Positions 1 to 8,901 of a DNA stretch of 64,000 bases are shown here, piece after piece. A program made the position numbers and the translations under genes. Under the pieces are notes generated by a model. That model was not told where the DNA came from and searched no databases. It saw only the letters and a list, made by a program, of their open reading frames with translations. Position 1 is the first letter of the stretch. Each line of letters starts with the position of its first letter. This stretch comes from Alphaproteobacteria bacterium. GTDB lineage: Bacteria > Pseudomonadota > Alphaproteobacteria > CAAHEQ01 > UBA3637. Where the stretch lies: positions 17,869 through 81,868 of the forward strand of contig JAFPYS010000019.1 in assembly GCA_017412085.1 (NCBI GenBank). Direction: 5' to 3'.

Positions 1-65
1 TACCGTTCGGACAAAGCGTCCGCCAGTTGCTGTTCTTGAATTTTGGGCATTTGTTGTTCAGTCAT
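1..65 (-). CDS. 5' end of a gene running off the window; possibly topoisomerase IV subunit A (ParC)
   Basis: Minus-strand ATG at 65-63 reads MTEQQMPKIQEQQLADALSERY. The ALSERY(L) string resembles the conserved N-terminal start of alphaproteobacterial ParC/GyrA. Only 21 codons are visible. Confidence 0.3.
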   Translation of the reverse strand, partial: MTEQQMPKIQEQQLADALSER

Positions 66-127
66 AGGATCATTGTAGACAATAAAAAAATAAAAAGCAA
101 GCTCTTTTTTGGCAACAGCTTCAACAA

Positions 128-1801
128 TTACCGCTCGATGGGCTTATATTTAATGCGGTGCGGTTGGTCGGCATCTATACCTAAACGACGTTTGCGATCG
201 GCCTCGTATTCTGCATAGTTACCTTCAAACCATACGACTTGACTATCGCCTTCAAAGGCCAAGATATGTGTAGCCAAACGATCCAAGAACCAACGGTCGT
301 GGCTAGTAATCACAGCACAGCCAGGGAAGTCCATTAATGCTTCTTCTAACGCACGCAAGGTGTCGACATCCAAATCATTTGTTGGTTCATCCAATAACAA
401 CACATTCGCACCAGATTTCAACATTTTTGCCATATGAACGCGGTTGCGTTCACCGCCAGACAATTGGCCAACTTTCTTTTGTTGATCTGCCCCCTTGAAA
501 TTAAATTGAGCGACATAGGCACGGCTAGGTACCTCACGTTTGCCCAGGAGCAGGGTATCATTACCGCCGGAAATTTCTTGCCACACAGTGTTGTTGTCGT
601 TCAGGGCATCACGACTTTGATCGACGTAGCCAAGTTTGACCGTTTCACCAATGCGGAATGTCCCTTCATCAGGTTTTTCCTGACCCGTAATAATGCGCAT
701 CAAGGTTGTTTTCCCCGCGCCATTGGGGCCGATAACACCAACGATACCGCCGGCGGGTAGGTTAAAACTTAAATTTTCAAATAGTAATTTGTCACCAAAG
801 GCCTTTTTTAGGTTATCGGCTTTCAATACCAAATCACCCAAGCGAGGACCAGGAGGAATAACAATCTGGGCAACATCCGGCACCTTTTCATTAGATTTTT
901 TTAACAATTCTTCATACGCCGTAATACGTGCTTTTGATTTTGCTTGACGGGCTTTAGGATTGGCGTGAACCCATTCCAATTCTTCCTTTAATGTCTTTTG
1001 GCGCTTGTCTTCGGCGTTTTGTTCAATCTCTAAACGCTTGGATTTCGCTTCAAGCCAGCTTGTATAATTGCCCTCATAAGGAATTCCTTCCCCACGATCC
1101 ATTTCCAAAATCCACCCAGTCACATTATCCAAAAAATAGCGGTCGTGTGTAATCATGACGACAGTATTTGGAAAGTTTTTCAAATAAATTTGTAACCATG
1201 CAACAGATTCGGCGTCCAGGTGGTTAGTTGGTTCGTCCAACAACAGCATATCTGGTTTGGACAGAAGTAGGCGGCATAAAGCCACACGGCGCTTTTCTCC
1301 ACCAGACAATTTTGTCACATCCCAATCGCCCGGGGGACAGCGCAAAGCATCCATAGCAATTTCCACATTACGTTCAAATTCCCAGCCATTGCAAGCGTCA
1401 ATTTTTTCTTGAAGTTCTGCTTGTTCTGCCAACAATTTGTCCATGTCGGCATCAGGATCTGCAAAAGCATTATTGACCTCTTCCCACCGTTTCATAAGAT
1501 CGCGAACTTCTCCCACGCCATCCATGACGTTTTCCATGACGTTTTTGCTAGGATCAAGTTGTGGTTCTTGGGGCAAGTAGCCGACTTTTACGCCTTCTGC
1601 AGGCCACGCTTCACCTGTAAAATTGTCATCCAGCCCAGCCATGATTTTCATCAACGTGGATTTACCAGCACCATTTGGGCCGATCACGCCAATTTTTGCA
1701 CCAGGGAAAAAACTGAGCCAAATATGCTTTAAAACTTCTTTTCCGCCAGGAAAAGTTTTACATAAATCTTTCATTACATAAATATATTGGTAGGCAGGCA
1801 T
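128..1801 (-). CDS. ettA: ABC-F ATPase, energy-dependent translational throttle protein EttA
   Basis: 557 aa with two ABC cassettes (GPNGAGKST twice, LSGGE signature twice). N-terminus and length are typical of EttA/YjjK. ATG at 1801 is preceded by AAGGA. Confidence 0.9.
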   Translation of the reverse strand: MPAYQYIYVMKDLCKTFPGGKEVLKHIWLSFFPGAKIGVIGPNGAGKSTLMKIMAGLDDNFTGEAWPAEGVKVGYLPQEPQLDPSKNVMENVMDGVGEVRDLMKRWEEVNNAFADPDADMDKLLAEQAELQEKIDACNGWEFERNVEIAMDALRCPPGDWDVTKLSGGEKRRVALCRLLLSKPDMLLLDEPTNHLDAESVAWLQIYLKNFPNTVVMITHDRYFLDNVTGWILEMDRGEGIPYEGNYTSWLEAKSKRLEIEQNAEDKRQKTLKEELEWVHANPKARQAKSKARITAYEELLKKSNEKVPDVAQIVIPPGPRLGDLVLKADNLKKAFGDKLLFENLSFNLPAGGIVGVIGPNGAGKTTLMRIITGQEKPDEGTFRIGETVKLGYVDQSRDALNDNNTVWQEISGGNDTLLLGKREVPSRAYVAQFNFKGADQQKKVGQLSGGERNRVHMAKMLKSGANVLLLDEPTNDLDVDTLRALEEALMDFPGCAVITSHDRWFLDRLATHILAFEGDSQVVWFEGNYAEYEADRKRRLGIDADQPHRIKYKPIER

Positions 1802-2782
1802 TTATTTTCCTTTCTTTTTCGGCAAAAGATGTAGTTTGCGTTTTAAATATGCTTTAACAATGTCATTCACATCACGTTGCTTCAGACAGTAGATATCCGT
1901 GTCGGTGTAAGGCTTAGCATAAAAGCGGCGGCGGGCCTGCTCATAAGGTTGATCAAAGATGTGACTTAAAAATTCCAAGACCTTTTTATCGGATACGCGT
2001 TCCAGTGCGCCCGGCTGAAATACGGGTTCATGCATAATCTTTAAGTAAAGTTCATCATCATTGTCAACCTTCTTAATATATTCCATCATATCTTCCAATG
2101 AATTAAAATCATGTGCATTGATAAATGCTTTAGGGTTAAATTCTTCGGCCACCCGTGGATTGCCATAATATAAAGGAATGTGTTGTGAAGCAAAGGAATC
2201 GACTAACTTTTCCATGGTATAGCCGGAACAATAAGTATTTTCAAAAGCAATGGAGAACTTGTAGTTTCTTTGGAAGCCGACTTTTTCGGATGGCGGATAA
2301 ATGTGGCCGACCGTATTGTGATATTTGCCACCATAATCCACTGTTTTATATTGTTCCAAAAGTTCTAATATTCTGGGGCGTGCCCCATCTGTTTGAGTGC
2401 CATTGCCCAATACAGCACAGCAAAATTTGCGATCTAATAATTGTTTGTCGGTTAATCTTTCTGTACGATGAAGTGATTTTTGAATGTTTTCTTTGCCCAA
2501 GGCCCAAAGTGGGAAACGCATGTACCGATCTTCAAAGGTCAAGTAACTATGCCCAAAAGCATAATCACATAAATTAAAATTAGGGCACATTTGTTCGCCG
2601 GTCCAAAAAATGCGGATGCCGTCAAAGGCGTGATGTTTATTTCCAAAAACAGTATAAAAAATATAGTCTGGTTCGTCGGAGATCTCCACATCATATTTTG
2701 TGCGCAGAAGTTTAGTAAAATAGTGATTTTCTGCATCGAAATTTTTGCCGAAATCATAATAGTTTATTTTTAACTTTTTCAT
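1802..2782 (-). CDS. Glycosyltransferase family 10 (alpha-1,3/4-fucosyltransferase-like)
   Basis: 326 aa. Contains FSIAFENTYCSGYTMEKL, matching the GT10 alpha-1,3-FucT motif FxLxFENSxxxxYxTEK with a T->M change. No signal peptide or TM segment. Packed stop-to-start against ettA and dut. Confidence 0.7.
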   Translation of the reverse strand: MKKLKINYYDFGKNFDAENHYFTKLLRTKYDVEISDEPDYIFYTVFGNKHHAFDGIRIFWTGEQMCPNFNLCDYAFGHSYLTFEDRYMRFPLWALGKENIQKSLHRTERLTDKQLLDRKFCCAVLGNGTQTDGARPRILELLEQYKTVDYGGKYHNTVGHIYPPSEKVGFQRNYKFSIAFENTYCSGYTMEKLVDSFASQHIPLYYGNPRVAEEFNPKAFINAHDFNSLEDMMEYIKKVDNDDELYLKIMHEPVFQPGALERVSDKKVLEFLSHIFDQPYEQARRRFYAKPYTDTDIYCLKQRDVNDIVKAYLKRKLHLLPKKKGK

Positions 2783-3237
2783 TATTTTCCCCCAGTGGAC
2801 CCAAAGCCGCCTGTGCTGCGTGTTGTATCATCGGTAACTGTTCCTGCGATGATTTCGGGGCGTCCAATAGGACACACAACCGCTTGAGCAATCCTATCTC
2901 CCGGTTGAATTACAAAGTCTTCTGGGCCCAAATTGATTAAAATTGTTTTCAATTCTCCACGATAACCATAGTCAATGGTTCCTGGCGCATTCACAATGGA
3001 GATGCCAAATTTTGCTGCCAAACCAGAGCGGGGACGTGTCTGAATTTCCCATAAATTTGTGTCGCTTTCAATTTGAACCTTAACGCCATTTGGAATAATG
3101 CTTTTTTCACCTGGATGCAGGGTTATTGGTTCGGCAATTGCTGCACGTAAATCAAATCCTGCATCATCTGGATGAGCGTAGCTCAATCGCGGCCAATCGG
3201 TCAAATAGTTTTCCAAATATTCTACAATCAAACGCAT
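2782..3237 (-). CDS. dut: dUTP diphosphatase
   Basis: Carries dUTPase motifs AGFDLRA, RSGLA, GTIDYGYRGE and GGFGSTG. Start trimmed to the ATG at 3237 (MRLIVEY), which is preceded by AAGGAG; the track ORF extends to 3288. Confidence 0.9.
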   Translation of the reverse strand: MRLIVEYLENYLTDWPRLSYAHPDDAGFDLRAAIAEPITLHPGEKSIIPNGVKVQIESDTNLWEIQTRPRSGLAAKFGISIVNAPGTIDYGYRGELKTILINLGPEDFVIQPGDRIAQAVVCPIGRPEIIAGTVTDDTTRSTGGFGSTGGK

Positions 3238-3304
3238 AAAAACTCCTTTTGTTGGCGATAGAGTATCGTTTTTCCATCTTTTTGTCAAGAAAAAGAAAAA
3301 ATCC

Positions 3305-3332
3305 TTGCATTTTTTGCAAAAATGGTTATAGT
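3305..3332 (+). promoter_or_regulatory. Candidate sigma70 promoter of yajC-secDF
   Basis: TTGCAT (3305-3310), 16-nt spacer, TATAGT (3327-3332), about 27 nt upstream of the yajC ATG. Confidence 0.35.
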
Positions 3333-3358
3333 ATGCAAATACAACAAAAGGAGTTTGT

Positions 3359-3709
3359 ATGTTTATTTCATCCGCATGGGCTCAAACAGCAGAAAACGTG
3401 GCCGCTACAGCGCCAAATGCCGCTTCTTTATCAAGTATGGCCATCCAGTTTGTGCTGATCGTTTTGATTTGCTATTTTATTTTAATTCGTCCTCAACAAA
3501 AACGCTATAAAAAACACGAGGCAGAATTAAATGCCATTGTGAAGGGTGTGCGTGTTAATGTGGGCGGTATTGTTGGGAAAGTGGTTAAGGTTGAGCCATT
3601 AGAATTGACGGTTGAAATTGCCGATGGGGTGGAGATCAAAGTGTTGCGCCCATATGTGACACAGGTTTTGTTTAACGAAGACGAATTGCTTGGAAAGGAT
3701 AAAAAATAA
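3359..3709 (+). CDS. yajC: Preprotein translocase subunit YajC
   Basis: 116 aa with a single TM followed by RPQQKR, the YajC hallmark. Sits immediately upstream of secD with a TAATG overlap. AAAGGAG RBS. Confidence 0.9.
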   Translation: MFISSAWAQTAENVAATAPNAASLSSMAIQFVLIVLICYFILIRPQQKRYKKHEAELNAIVKGVRVNVGGIVGKVVKVEPLELTVEIADGVEIKVLRPYVTQVLFNEDELLGKDKK

Positions 3710-5277
3710 TGTTTGGATATTCAAAAATAAAGGTTGCTATTATTTCAGCCGTATTGGTGTTGGGACTGTTTTTCGCTTTGCCGAATTTTATGCCCAAAGA
3801 TATGTACAATCAGATACCATCTTCGATGAAGTCTTGGTGGAAGCCCGTAACATTGGGATTGGATCTACAAGGCGGTTCTTATTTGGTGATGGAAGTGGAC
3901 ACATCCACCTTAGTTCATGAAAAGTTGGAAAGCTTGGCGGATTTAACACGTTCGGCTTTGCGTGAAGGAAAGGTGCGTTTTTCTGGGTTAAAAGCTGATA
4001 ATGAAGAAATGACGGTCAAGGTTTTGAATGCGGCACAATTAAATGATGCGCGCGAAATTATTCGCAAGCAAGAAAGTGTTGGCTTGGATATTTCTGCCGA
4101 AGGTTCTACTTTAACAGTAAAATATACAGACGATGCTTTAAGCACATTGAAAAATCAAGCTGTGCAACAATCTTTGGAAATTGTGCGTAAACGTATTGAC
4201 GAACTAGGGACAAAAGAGCCTTTAATTCAACAACAGGGTGATGATCGTATTGTCATTCAATTGCCAGGCGTCCAAGATCCTGCCGAAATTAAGGCATTGA
4301 TGGGTAAGACGGCAAAGATGACATTCCATTTAGTGGATGAAGAAACAACACCTCAGATGGCCCAAATGGGTAAGATTTCTGCTGATTCCATGTTAATCAC
4401 CGGAGAAGAGACGGGGTATATCGTTTTAAAACGTTCTGTGGTCGTTGGTGGAGAAAGCTTGGAAGATTCCAGAGGAACATATGACGAAAATGGTCGTCCG
4501 GCTGTGTCATTTAGCTTCAAAAGTGCTGGGGCGAAGAAATTTGGTAATGCAACACGTGATAACGTTGGGCGTCGTTTGGCGATCGTGTTAGATGGTAAAG
4601 TGATCAGCGCGCCGACGATCAACAGCCCAATTACAGGCGGTAAAGGAATTATTACGGGTAACTTTACGGTACAATCTGCAAACGATTTGGCCTTATTGCT
4701 GCGTTCTGGTGCATTACCTGCACCTTTGTTGGTCGTGGAAGAACGTGTTGTGGGCGCTGGTTTGGGTGAAGATTCTATTAAGGCCGGAACAACAGCTTGT
4801 TGGATTGGATTGGTGCTTGTTTTTGCATTTATGGTTATTGTTTATGGCTGGTTTGGTATTATGGCCGACTTGGTTTTGTTGGCAAACGGAATTTTATTGT
4901 TGGCATTGTTGAGTGCTCTTGGCGCGACACTGACATTGCCAGGATTAGCAGGTATTGCATTGACAGTTGGTATGGCTGTGGATGCGAATATCATTATCTT
5001 TGAACGCATGAAGGAAGAGCAAATGCATGGCGTAACCGTTCCAAAAGATGTCTTAACACGTGGATTTGAAGGTTCGTTCAGTGCTATCTTAGACGGCCAA
5101 TTAACGACATTGTTTGCGGCGCTGTTCTTGTTTTGGCTTGGGTCCGGTCCTGTGCGTGGCTTTGGTGTGACATTGGGTCTTGGTTTGGCAACAACGATGT
5201 TTGCCGCGATCTTTGTGTCAAAGTTGATTTTGATGGCATGGATGAATATGAAACATCCAAAAGAAATTAAGTTTTAA
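3709..5277 (+). CDS. secD: Protein translocase subunit SecD
   Basis: 522 aa with an N-terminal TM, a large periplasmic domain and a C-terminal 5-TM block. Carries the GLDLQGG motif. Order is yajC-secD-secF. Confidence 0.95.
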   Translation: MFGYSKIKVAIISAVLVLGLFFALPNFMPKDMYNQIPSSMKSWWKPVTLGLDLQGGSYLVMEVDTSTLVHEKLESLADLTRSALREGKVRFSGLKADNEEMTVKVLNAAQLNDAREIIRKQESVGLDISAEGSTLTVKYTDDALSTLKNQAVQQSLEIVRKRIDELGTKEPLIQQQGDDRIVIQLPGVQDPAEIKALMGKTAKMTFHLVDEETTPQMAQMGKISADSMLITGEETGYIVLKRSVVVGGESLEDSRGTYDENGRPAVSFSFKSAGAKKFGNATRDNVGRRLAIVLDGKVISAPTINSPITGGKGIITGNFTVQSANDLALLLRSGALPAPLLVVEERVVGAGLGEDSIKAGTTACWIGLVLVFAFMVIVYGWFGIMADLVLLANGILLLALLSALGATLTLPGLAGIALTVGMAVDANIIIFERMKEEQMHGVTVPKDVLTRGFEGSFSAILDGQLTTLFAALFLFWLGSGPVRGFGVTLGLGLATTMFAAIFVSKLILMAWMNMKHPKEIKF

Positions 5278-5291
5278 GAAAGGATATCAAG

Positions 5292-6206
5292 ATGAGTAAG
5301 TTATTTAGAAAACGTGAATATAACATCAACTTTATAGGACAGTCAAAGATTGCTTATGTCTTGTCGGCAATTATGTTGATTGTAGCTGTTGTTTCATTGG
5401 TGACGCGTGGTTTGAATTATGGCATTGATTTTGTTGGCGGTGTTCAAATTGAAGCGTCCAGCGAAAACACAATTCAAATGGATGTTGTGCGCCAGAAATT
5501 GTCTTTCTTGAAAGATCTATCTTTACAATCAGTGGGGACAGATGGAAAGGGTATTTTAATTCAAGCGCAGCCTGAGGGTGAAAATCCAAATGCCTTGTTA
5601 ACAAAAATCAAGGATGCATTGGGATCTGGCTATTCTTATAACGAAGTGGAAATCGTTGGCCCAGCGGTTGGTGCGGAATTGAAGTATAAGAGCTTGTTGG
5701 CATCTATTTTGGCACTTTTAGCGATTGCTGTTTATATTTGGTTTAGATTTGAATGGCCTTTTGCCATTGGATGCTTGTTGGCGTTGGCTCATGATATGAT
5801 TATTGTGGTCGGCTTTTTCTCATTGTTCCAGATTGAATTTGATATGGTGGTTGTGGCTGGTTTATTGTCATTGGCTGGTTATGATTGCAATGATACGATC
5901 GTTAGTTATGACCGTATGCGTGAAAATTTGAAAAAATATCGCAAAGCAACTGTGCGAGAATTGATCAACCGTAGTACAAATGAAACATTCTCTCGGACAA
6001 TTTTAACAAGTTTGACAACGTTGTTTGTCGTGTTGGTGTTGTTGTTTGTGGGCGGTGAAGCGTTGAAAGGATTTTCAATCGCGATGGTGCTTGGTACAAT
6101 CTTTGGAACATATTCATCAATTTACTTGGCAATGCCGCTATTACAATATTTTGATGTGCGTTCTGTTGGTAACAGCTCGGATGCAACGCCAGATTTCAAT
6201 AAGTAA
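5292..6206 (+). CDS. secF: Protein translocase subunit SecF
   Basis: 304 aa. Carries NYGIDFVGG and C-terminal RND-like TM helices. Follows secD. Confidence 0.95.
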   Translation: MSKLFRKREYNINFIGQSKIAYVLSAIMLIVAVVSLVTRGLNYGIDFVGGVQIEASSENTIQMDVVRQKLSFLKDLSLQSVGTDGKGILIQAQPEGENPNALLTKIKDALGSGYSYNEVEIVGPAVGAELKYKSLLASILALLAIAVYIWFRFEWPFAIGCLLALAHDMIIVVGFFSLFQIEFDMVVVAGLLSLAGYDCNDTIVSYDRMRENLKKYRKATVRELINRSTNETFSRTILTSLTTLFVVLVLLFVGGEALKGFSIAMVLGTIFGTYSSIYLAMPLLQYFDVRSVGNSSDATPDFNK

Positions 6207-6210
6207 AATA

Positions 6211-6236
6211 AAAGCCCTCCGCAAAGAGGGCTTTTA
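6211..6236. terminator. Bidirectional rho-independent terminator between convergent secF and tspO
   Basis: Stem AAAGCCCTC (6211-6219) pairs with GAGGGCTTT (6226-6234) around loop CGCAAA. A-run upstream, T-run downstream. Confidence 0.6.
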
Positions 6237-6242
6237 AAATAA

Positions 6243-6701
6243 TCAAAACACAAGTACTGTATTAAGATATAGGGCAAAGAAGGCCCACAATAATGTTGGA
6301 ACAATTAACCATCCGGCCAAGAGGTTTGTTTTGCCAAAAGATTTTATGTTGGCCATTAATGCTAAAATAAAGAAGACCAAAACAACAAGGGCGCCGCCTG
6401 GACTCCTTAAGTAAAAAAATGCAAAACTCCACAGCATATTGAGGGCAAGTTGTAGCACAAACCAACGGGGTGATGCCTTTCCCCAAACAAGATAGGCTGC
6501 GACAGCTTGTAAGAACAATAAAATGCCCCACACAGGCCCAAAGATATAATCTGGAGGATTAAGATTAGAGTGGGGTAATGTCCAATACCAAGCCATTGTA
6601 TCATCGGTCATATATCCCGAGGCAACCCATCCAATAAGATTAACCAAAACAAGTAAAAAGATAAAACGTCCAATTTTTTGTAATAGTGAAATTTTTTTCA
6701 T
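6243..6701 (-). CDS. tspO: TspO/MBR family tryptophan-rich sensory protein
   Basis: 152 aa, 5 TM, Trp-rich. Strings FGPVWGILLFLQAVAAYLVW and LNMLWSFAFF are typical of TspO. Confidence 0.85.
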   Translation of the reverse strand: MKKISLLQKIGRFIFLLVLVNLIGWVASGYMTDDTMAWYWTLPHSNLNPPDYIFGPVWGILLFLQAVAAYLVWGKASPRWFVLQLALNMLWSFAFFYLRSPGGALVVLVFFILALMANIKSFGKTNLLAGWLIVPTLLWAFFALYLNTVLVF

Positions 6702-6820
6702 ATTTTCTCCTTTTGTTGATAGAAAAAGTATAGGTCAAAAAATTAAAGCTTCAAGATGTCGGAAGAAATGTGATTGCTTTTTGATTTAAAATTTTATAAA
6801 ATAAGCGCAAGGAGTGTTAT

Positions 6821-7534
6821 ATGAAAAAAACAGCAACGACCTTGCCAGAAAAGAATAAACCTTGGTATTATGGCCACCGGCAACGCATGAGCGAAAAAAT
6901 CACAAAGTTGGGTATGGATTCTTTGACAGAATCGGAAATTTTGGAAGAGCTGTTGATGCGGGCGATCCCAAGACGAGACGTCAAACCGATTGTTCGCGAA
7001 TTATTGAGCAAGTTCAAAACATTAAGTGGTGTTATGAGTGCAAATGAATCCGAGTTAATTCAGGTAAACGGTATTAAGGAAAAGACCGCTCAATTTTTAA
7101 TTCTGATCCGCCGTGTTGCGCAAGAAATTGCCTTAGGTAAGGTTGAAAAGCGTCCGATTTTATCCGATTGGGAAAGTTTATTGGATTATGTCAGCACGAT
7201 TTATACCAGAGAAACGGTTGAGGTTTTATATATTCTTTATCTAGACAGTAAACTAAAGTTAATAAAAGCTAGGAAAGAAAAAGTAGGATGTGTCAATCAT
7301 ATTGAGATTTCTCCAAAAGAAATTTTAAAGGAAGCGTTGAACTTAAATGCAGCGCAGGTTATTTTAGTACACAATCATCCATCAGGTGAAGCCATGCCGT
7401 CAGTGGACGATATTCGCACAACAGAGATGGTGGCTAAGTTGTTAGAGGCGGCTGGGATTCATTTGGTAGAACATTTAATTGTTGGAAACAATCGAAAAGT
7501 TCATTCAATGAGGGCTCAAGGTATTTTAAAATAG
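6821..7534 (+). CDS. RadC-like JAB-domain protein (UPF0758)
   Basis: 237 aa. N-terminal helix-hairpin-helix region, C-terminal JAMM motif HNHPSGEAMPSVDD. Confidence 0.85.
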   Translation: MKKTATTLPEKNKPWYYGHRQRMSEKITKLGMDSLTESEILEELLMRAIPRRDVKPIVRELLSKFKTLSGVMSANESELIQVNGIKEKTAQFLILIRRVAQEIALGKVEKRPILSDWESLLDYVSTIYTRETVEVLYILYLDSKLKLIKARKEKVGCVNHIEISPKEILKEALNLNAAQVILVHNHPSGEAMPSVDDIRTTEMVAKLLEAAGIHLVEHLIVGNNRKVHSMRAQGILK

Positions 7535-7579
7535 AAAATTTTTCTTGTTTTTTAATGCAAAAGGTGTTACCTTAAAAAT

Positions 7580-8347
7580 ATGGTTAATGAAAAAGATAAG
7601 TTTTGCCCAATTAATTGCCCGTTTTTAGCGAGTCGTTCGTTTTTGCCCAAAACAATGCCTTTTTATTGTGAAAAATATGCAACGTTCTTGGGGATGGATG
7701 CAGGTAAGAAAGTTTTAAAATGCAGTGCTTGTAGAGGGAAAAAACAAGATCTTATTGAAACTGGTTTGGCTCTTTTGGAAGCGCAGATGCAACCTCAGGG
7801 ATTAATTAACCAAATGAAGCAGGCGTTTTTGGCGATGCCTCTTGTGACGCAAAAAATGTTTGTTTCTATCCTGGAGCAAAATGGTGTGCAGTTGCATCCA
7901 GAAGGGGAAGAAAAATTAACGCCTTTTACATTAATGCATATAGCACAAAGGGCTCGTTTACAGGCTCGCCGTAGAGAAGAATCTCCAGAAGTTCAGGAAT
8001 TTATTAAATTATTGAATGTTGTGGGTGGAGATGCCCCGTTGGATGGGATGACAAAGACGTTATTGTCAAATCTGTTTCAAGTAATTGATGGATCTGAACG
8101 CAGTATGTTATTGACTATTATGGAAAATCCAAAAAATTTGGAAAGTTTTTTAAAATCATTTTCCAAAACACCGCATGATAAAGATTTATTAAGGAACTTT
8201 AGGGCATTGTTATATGAAGTTCATAGAGAGTTAATAAATAAAACGAATACGGTTAATTTGTTCCAACAGCAAATTCGGAATAACGAATTGGCACGCACGA
8301 TCCAACAAATGACTCGTGCACGTGCAGCGAAAGCAAAAACAAGGTAA
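7580..8347 (+). CDS. Hypothetical protein with a Cys-rich N-terminus and a helical, basic C-terminus
   Basis: 255 aa. Five Cys in the first 51 residues (CPINCP...C...CSAC). The remainder is predicted helical and ends in RARAAKAKTR. No family recognised. Confidence 0.5.
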   Translation: MVNEKDKFCPINCPFLASRSFLPKTMPFYCEKYATFLGMDAGKKVLKCSACRGKKQDLIETGLALLEAQMQPQGLINQMKQAFLAMPLVTQKMFVSILEQNGVQLHPEGEEKLTPFTLMHIAQRARLQARRREESPEVQEFIKLLNVVGGDAPLDGMTKTLLSNLFQVIDGSERSMLLTIMENPKNLESFLKSFSKTPHDKDLLRNFRALLYEVHRELINKTNTVNLFQQQIRNNELARTIQQMTRARAAKAKTR

Positions 8348-8348
8348 T

Positions 8349-8894
8349 TTAATCTGATTTAAGCGTGGCCAAAATCGCTTGACACACCTGTTCTGGCGTT
8401 AAGTGTGTTGTATCGACAACCAAATCAAAATTGTTTTTATCATCAATATCTAGATCATAGTTCTTTTGAAAATGTATCAGCTCTAATTGATGTCTTTTGA
8501 TGGCGGCTTCTGTGGATTGTTGAACAGAGGCATATTTTTGTTCTCCTGAACGCGCAGAATCATTAAAAATACGTTCGCCCGCCACTTCGTCCCGAACAGT
8601 CAGACAGACTTTGAAAGATTTTGGCACAAAATGAAAGGCCAATCGCGAATCCACAACACAATTGTCGTTACCCCAAGGGGGATTTTTAAACACAGCATCA
8701 ATGCGTTCGTCAATGGATTTATCTTTGATGGTTAGGGCATTCAGTTCAATTGTGGTAACCCCCATTTCTTCGGCAATTTTTCGTTGTGCCATGCCGGTTG
8801 AATAATACTGCCATCCCAATTTTTGGGCCAGCATCTTTGAAACAGTAGACTTGCCACTGCCAACAGAACCGGATATCGTAATCGTTTGTCCCAT
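8349..8894 (-). CDS. Cytidylate-kinase-like P-loop NMP kinase family protein
   Basis: P-loop GSVGSGKST followed by LAQKLGWQYYSTG. Size and layout fit the short CMP-kinase-like family. Start set at ATG 8894, preceded by AGGAGG. Confidence 0.6.
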   Translation of the reverse strand: MGQTITISGSVGSGKSTVSKMLAQKLGWQYYSTGMAQRKIAEEMGVTTIELNALTIKDKSIDERIDAVFKNPPWGNDNCVVDSRLAFHFVPKSFKVCLTVRDEVAGERIFNDSARSGEQKYASVQQSTEAAIKRHQLELIHFQKNYDLDIDDKNNFDLVVDTTHLTPEQVCQAILATLKSD

Positions 8895-8901
8895 GTGCCT
8901 C

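Noticed and set aside
434-1732. Plus-strand ORFs of 84-108 aa inside ettA. The same pattern is seen inside parE, addA, hydB, pgi, anmK and others
   Set aside because: All lie antisense within long, confidently identified genes and show no motifs. They are typical antisense shadow ORFs.
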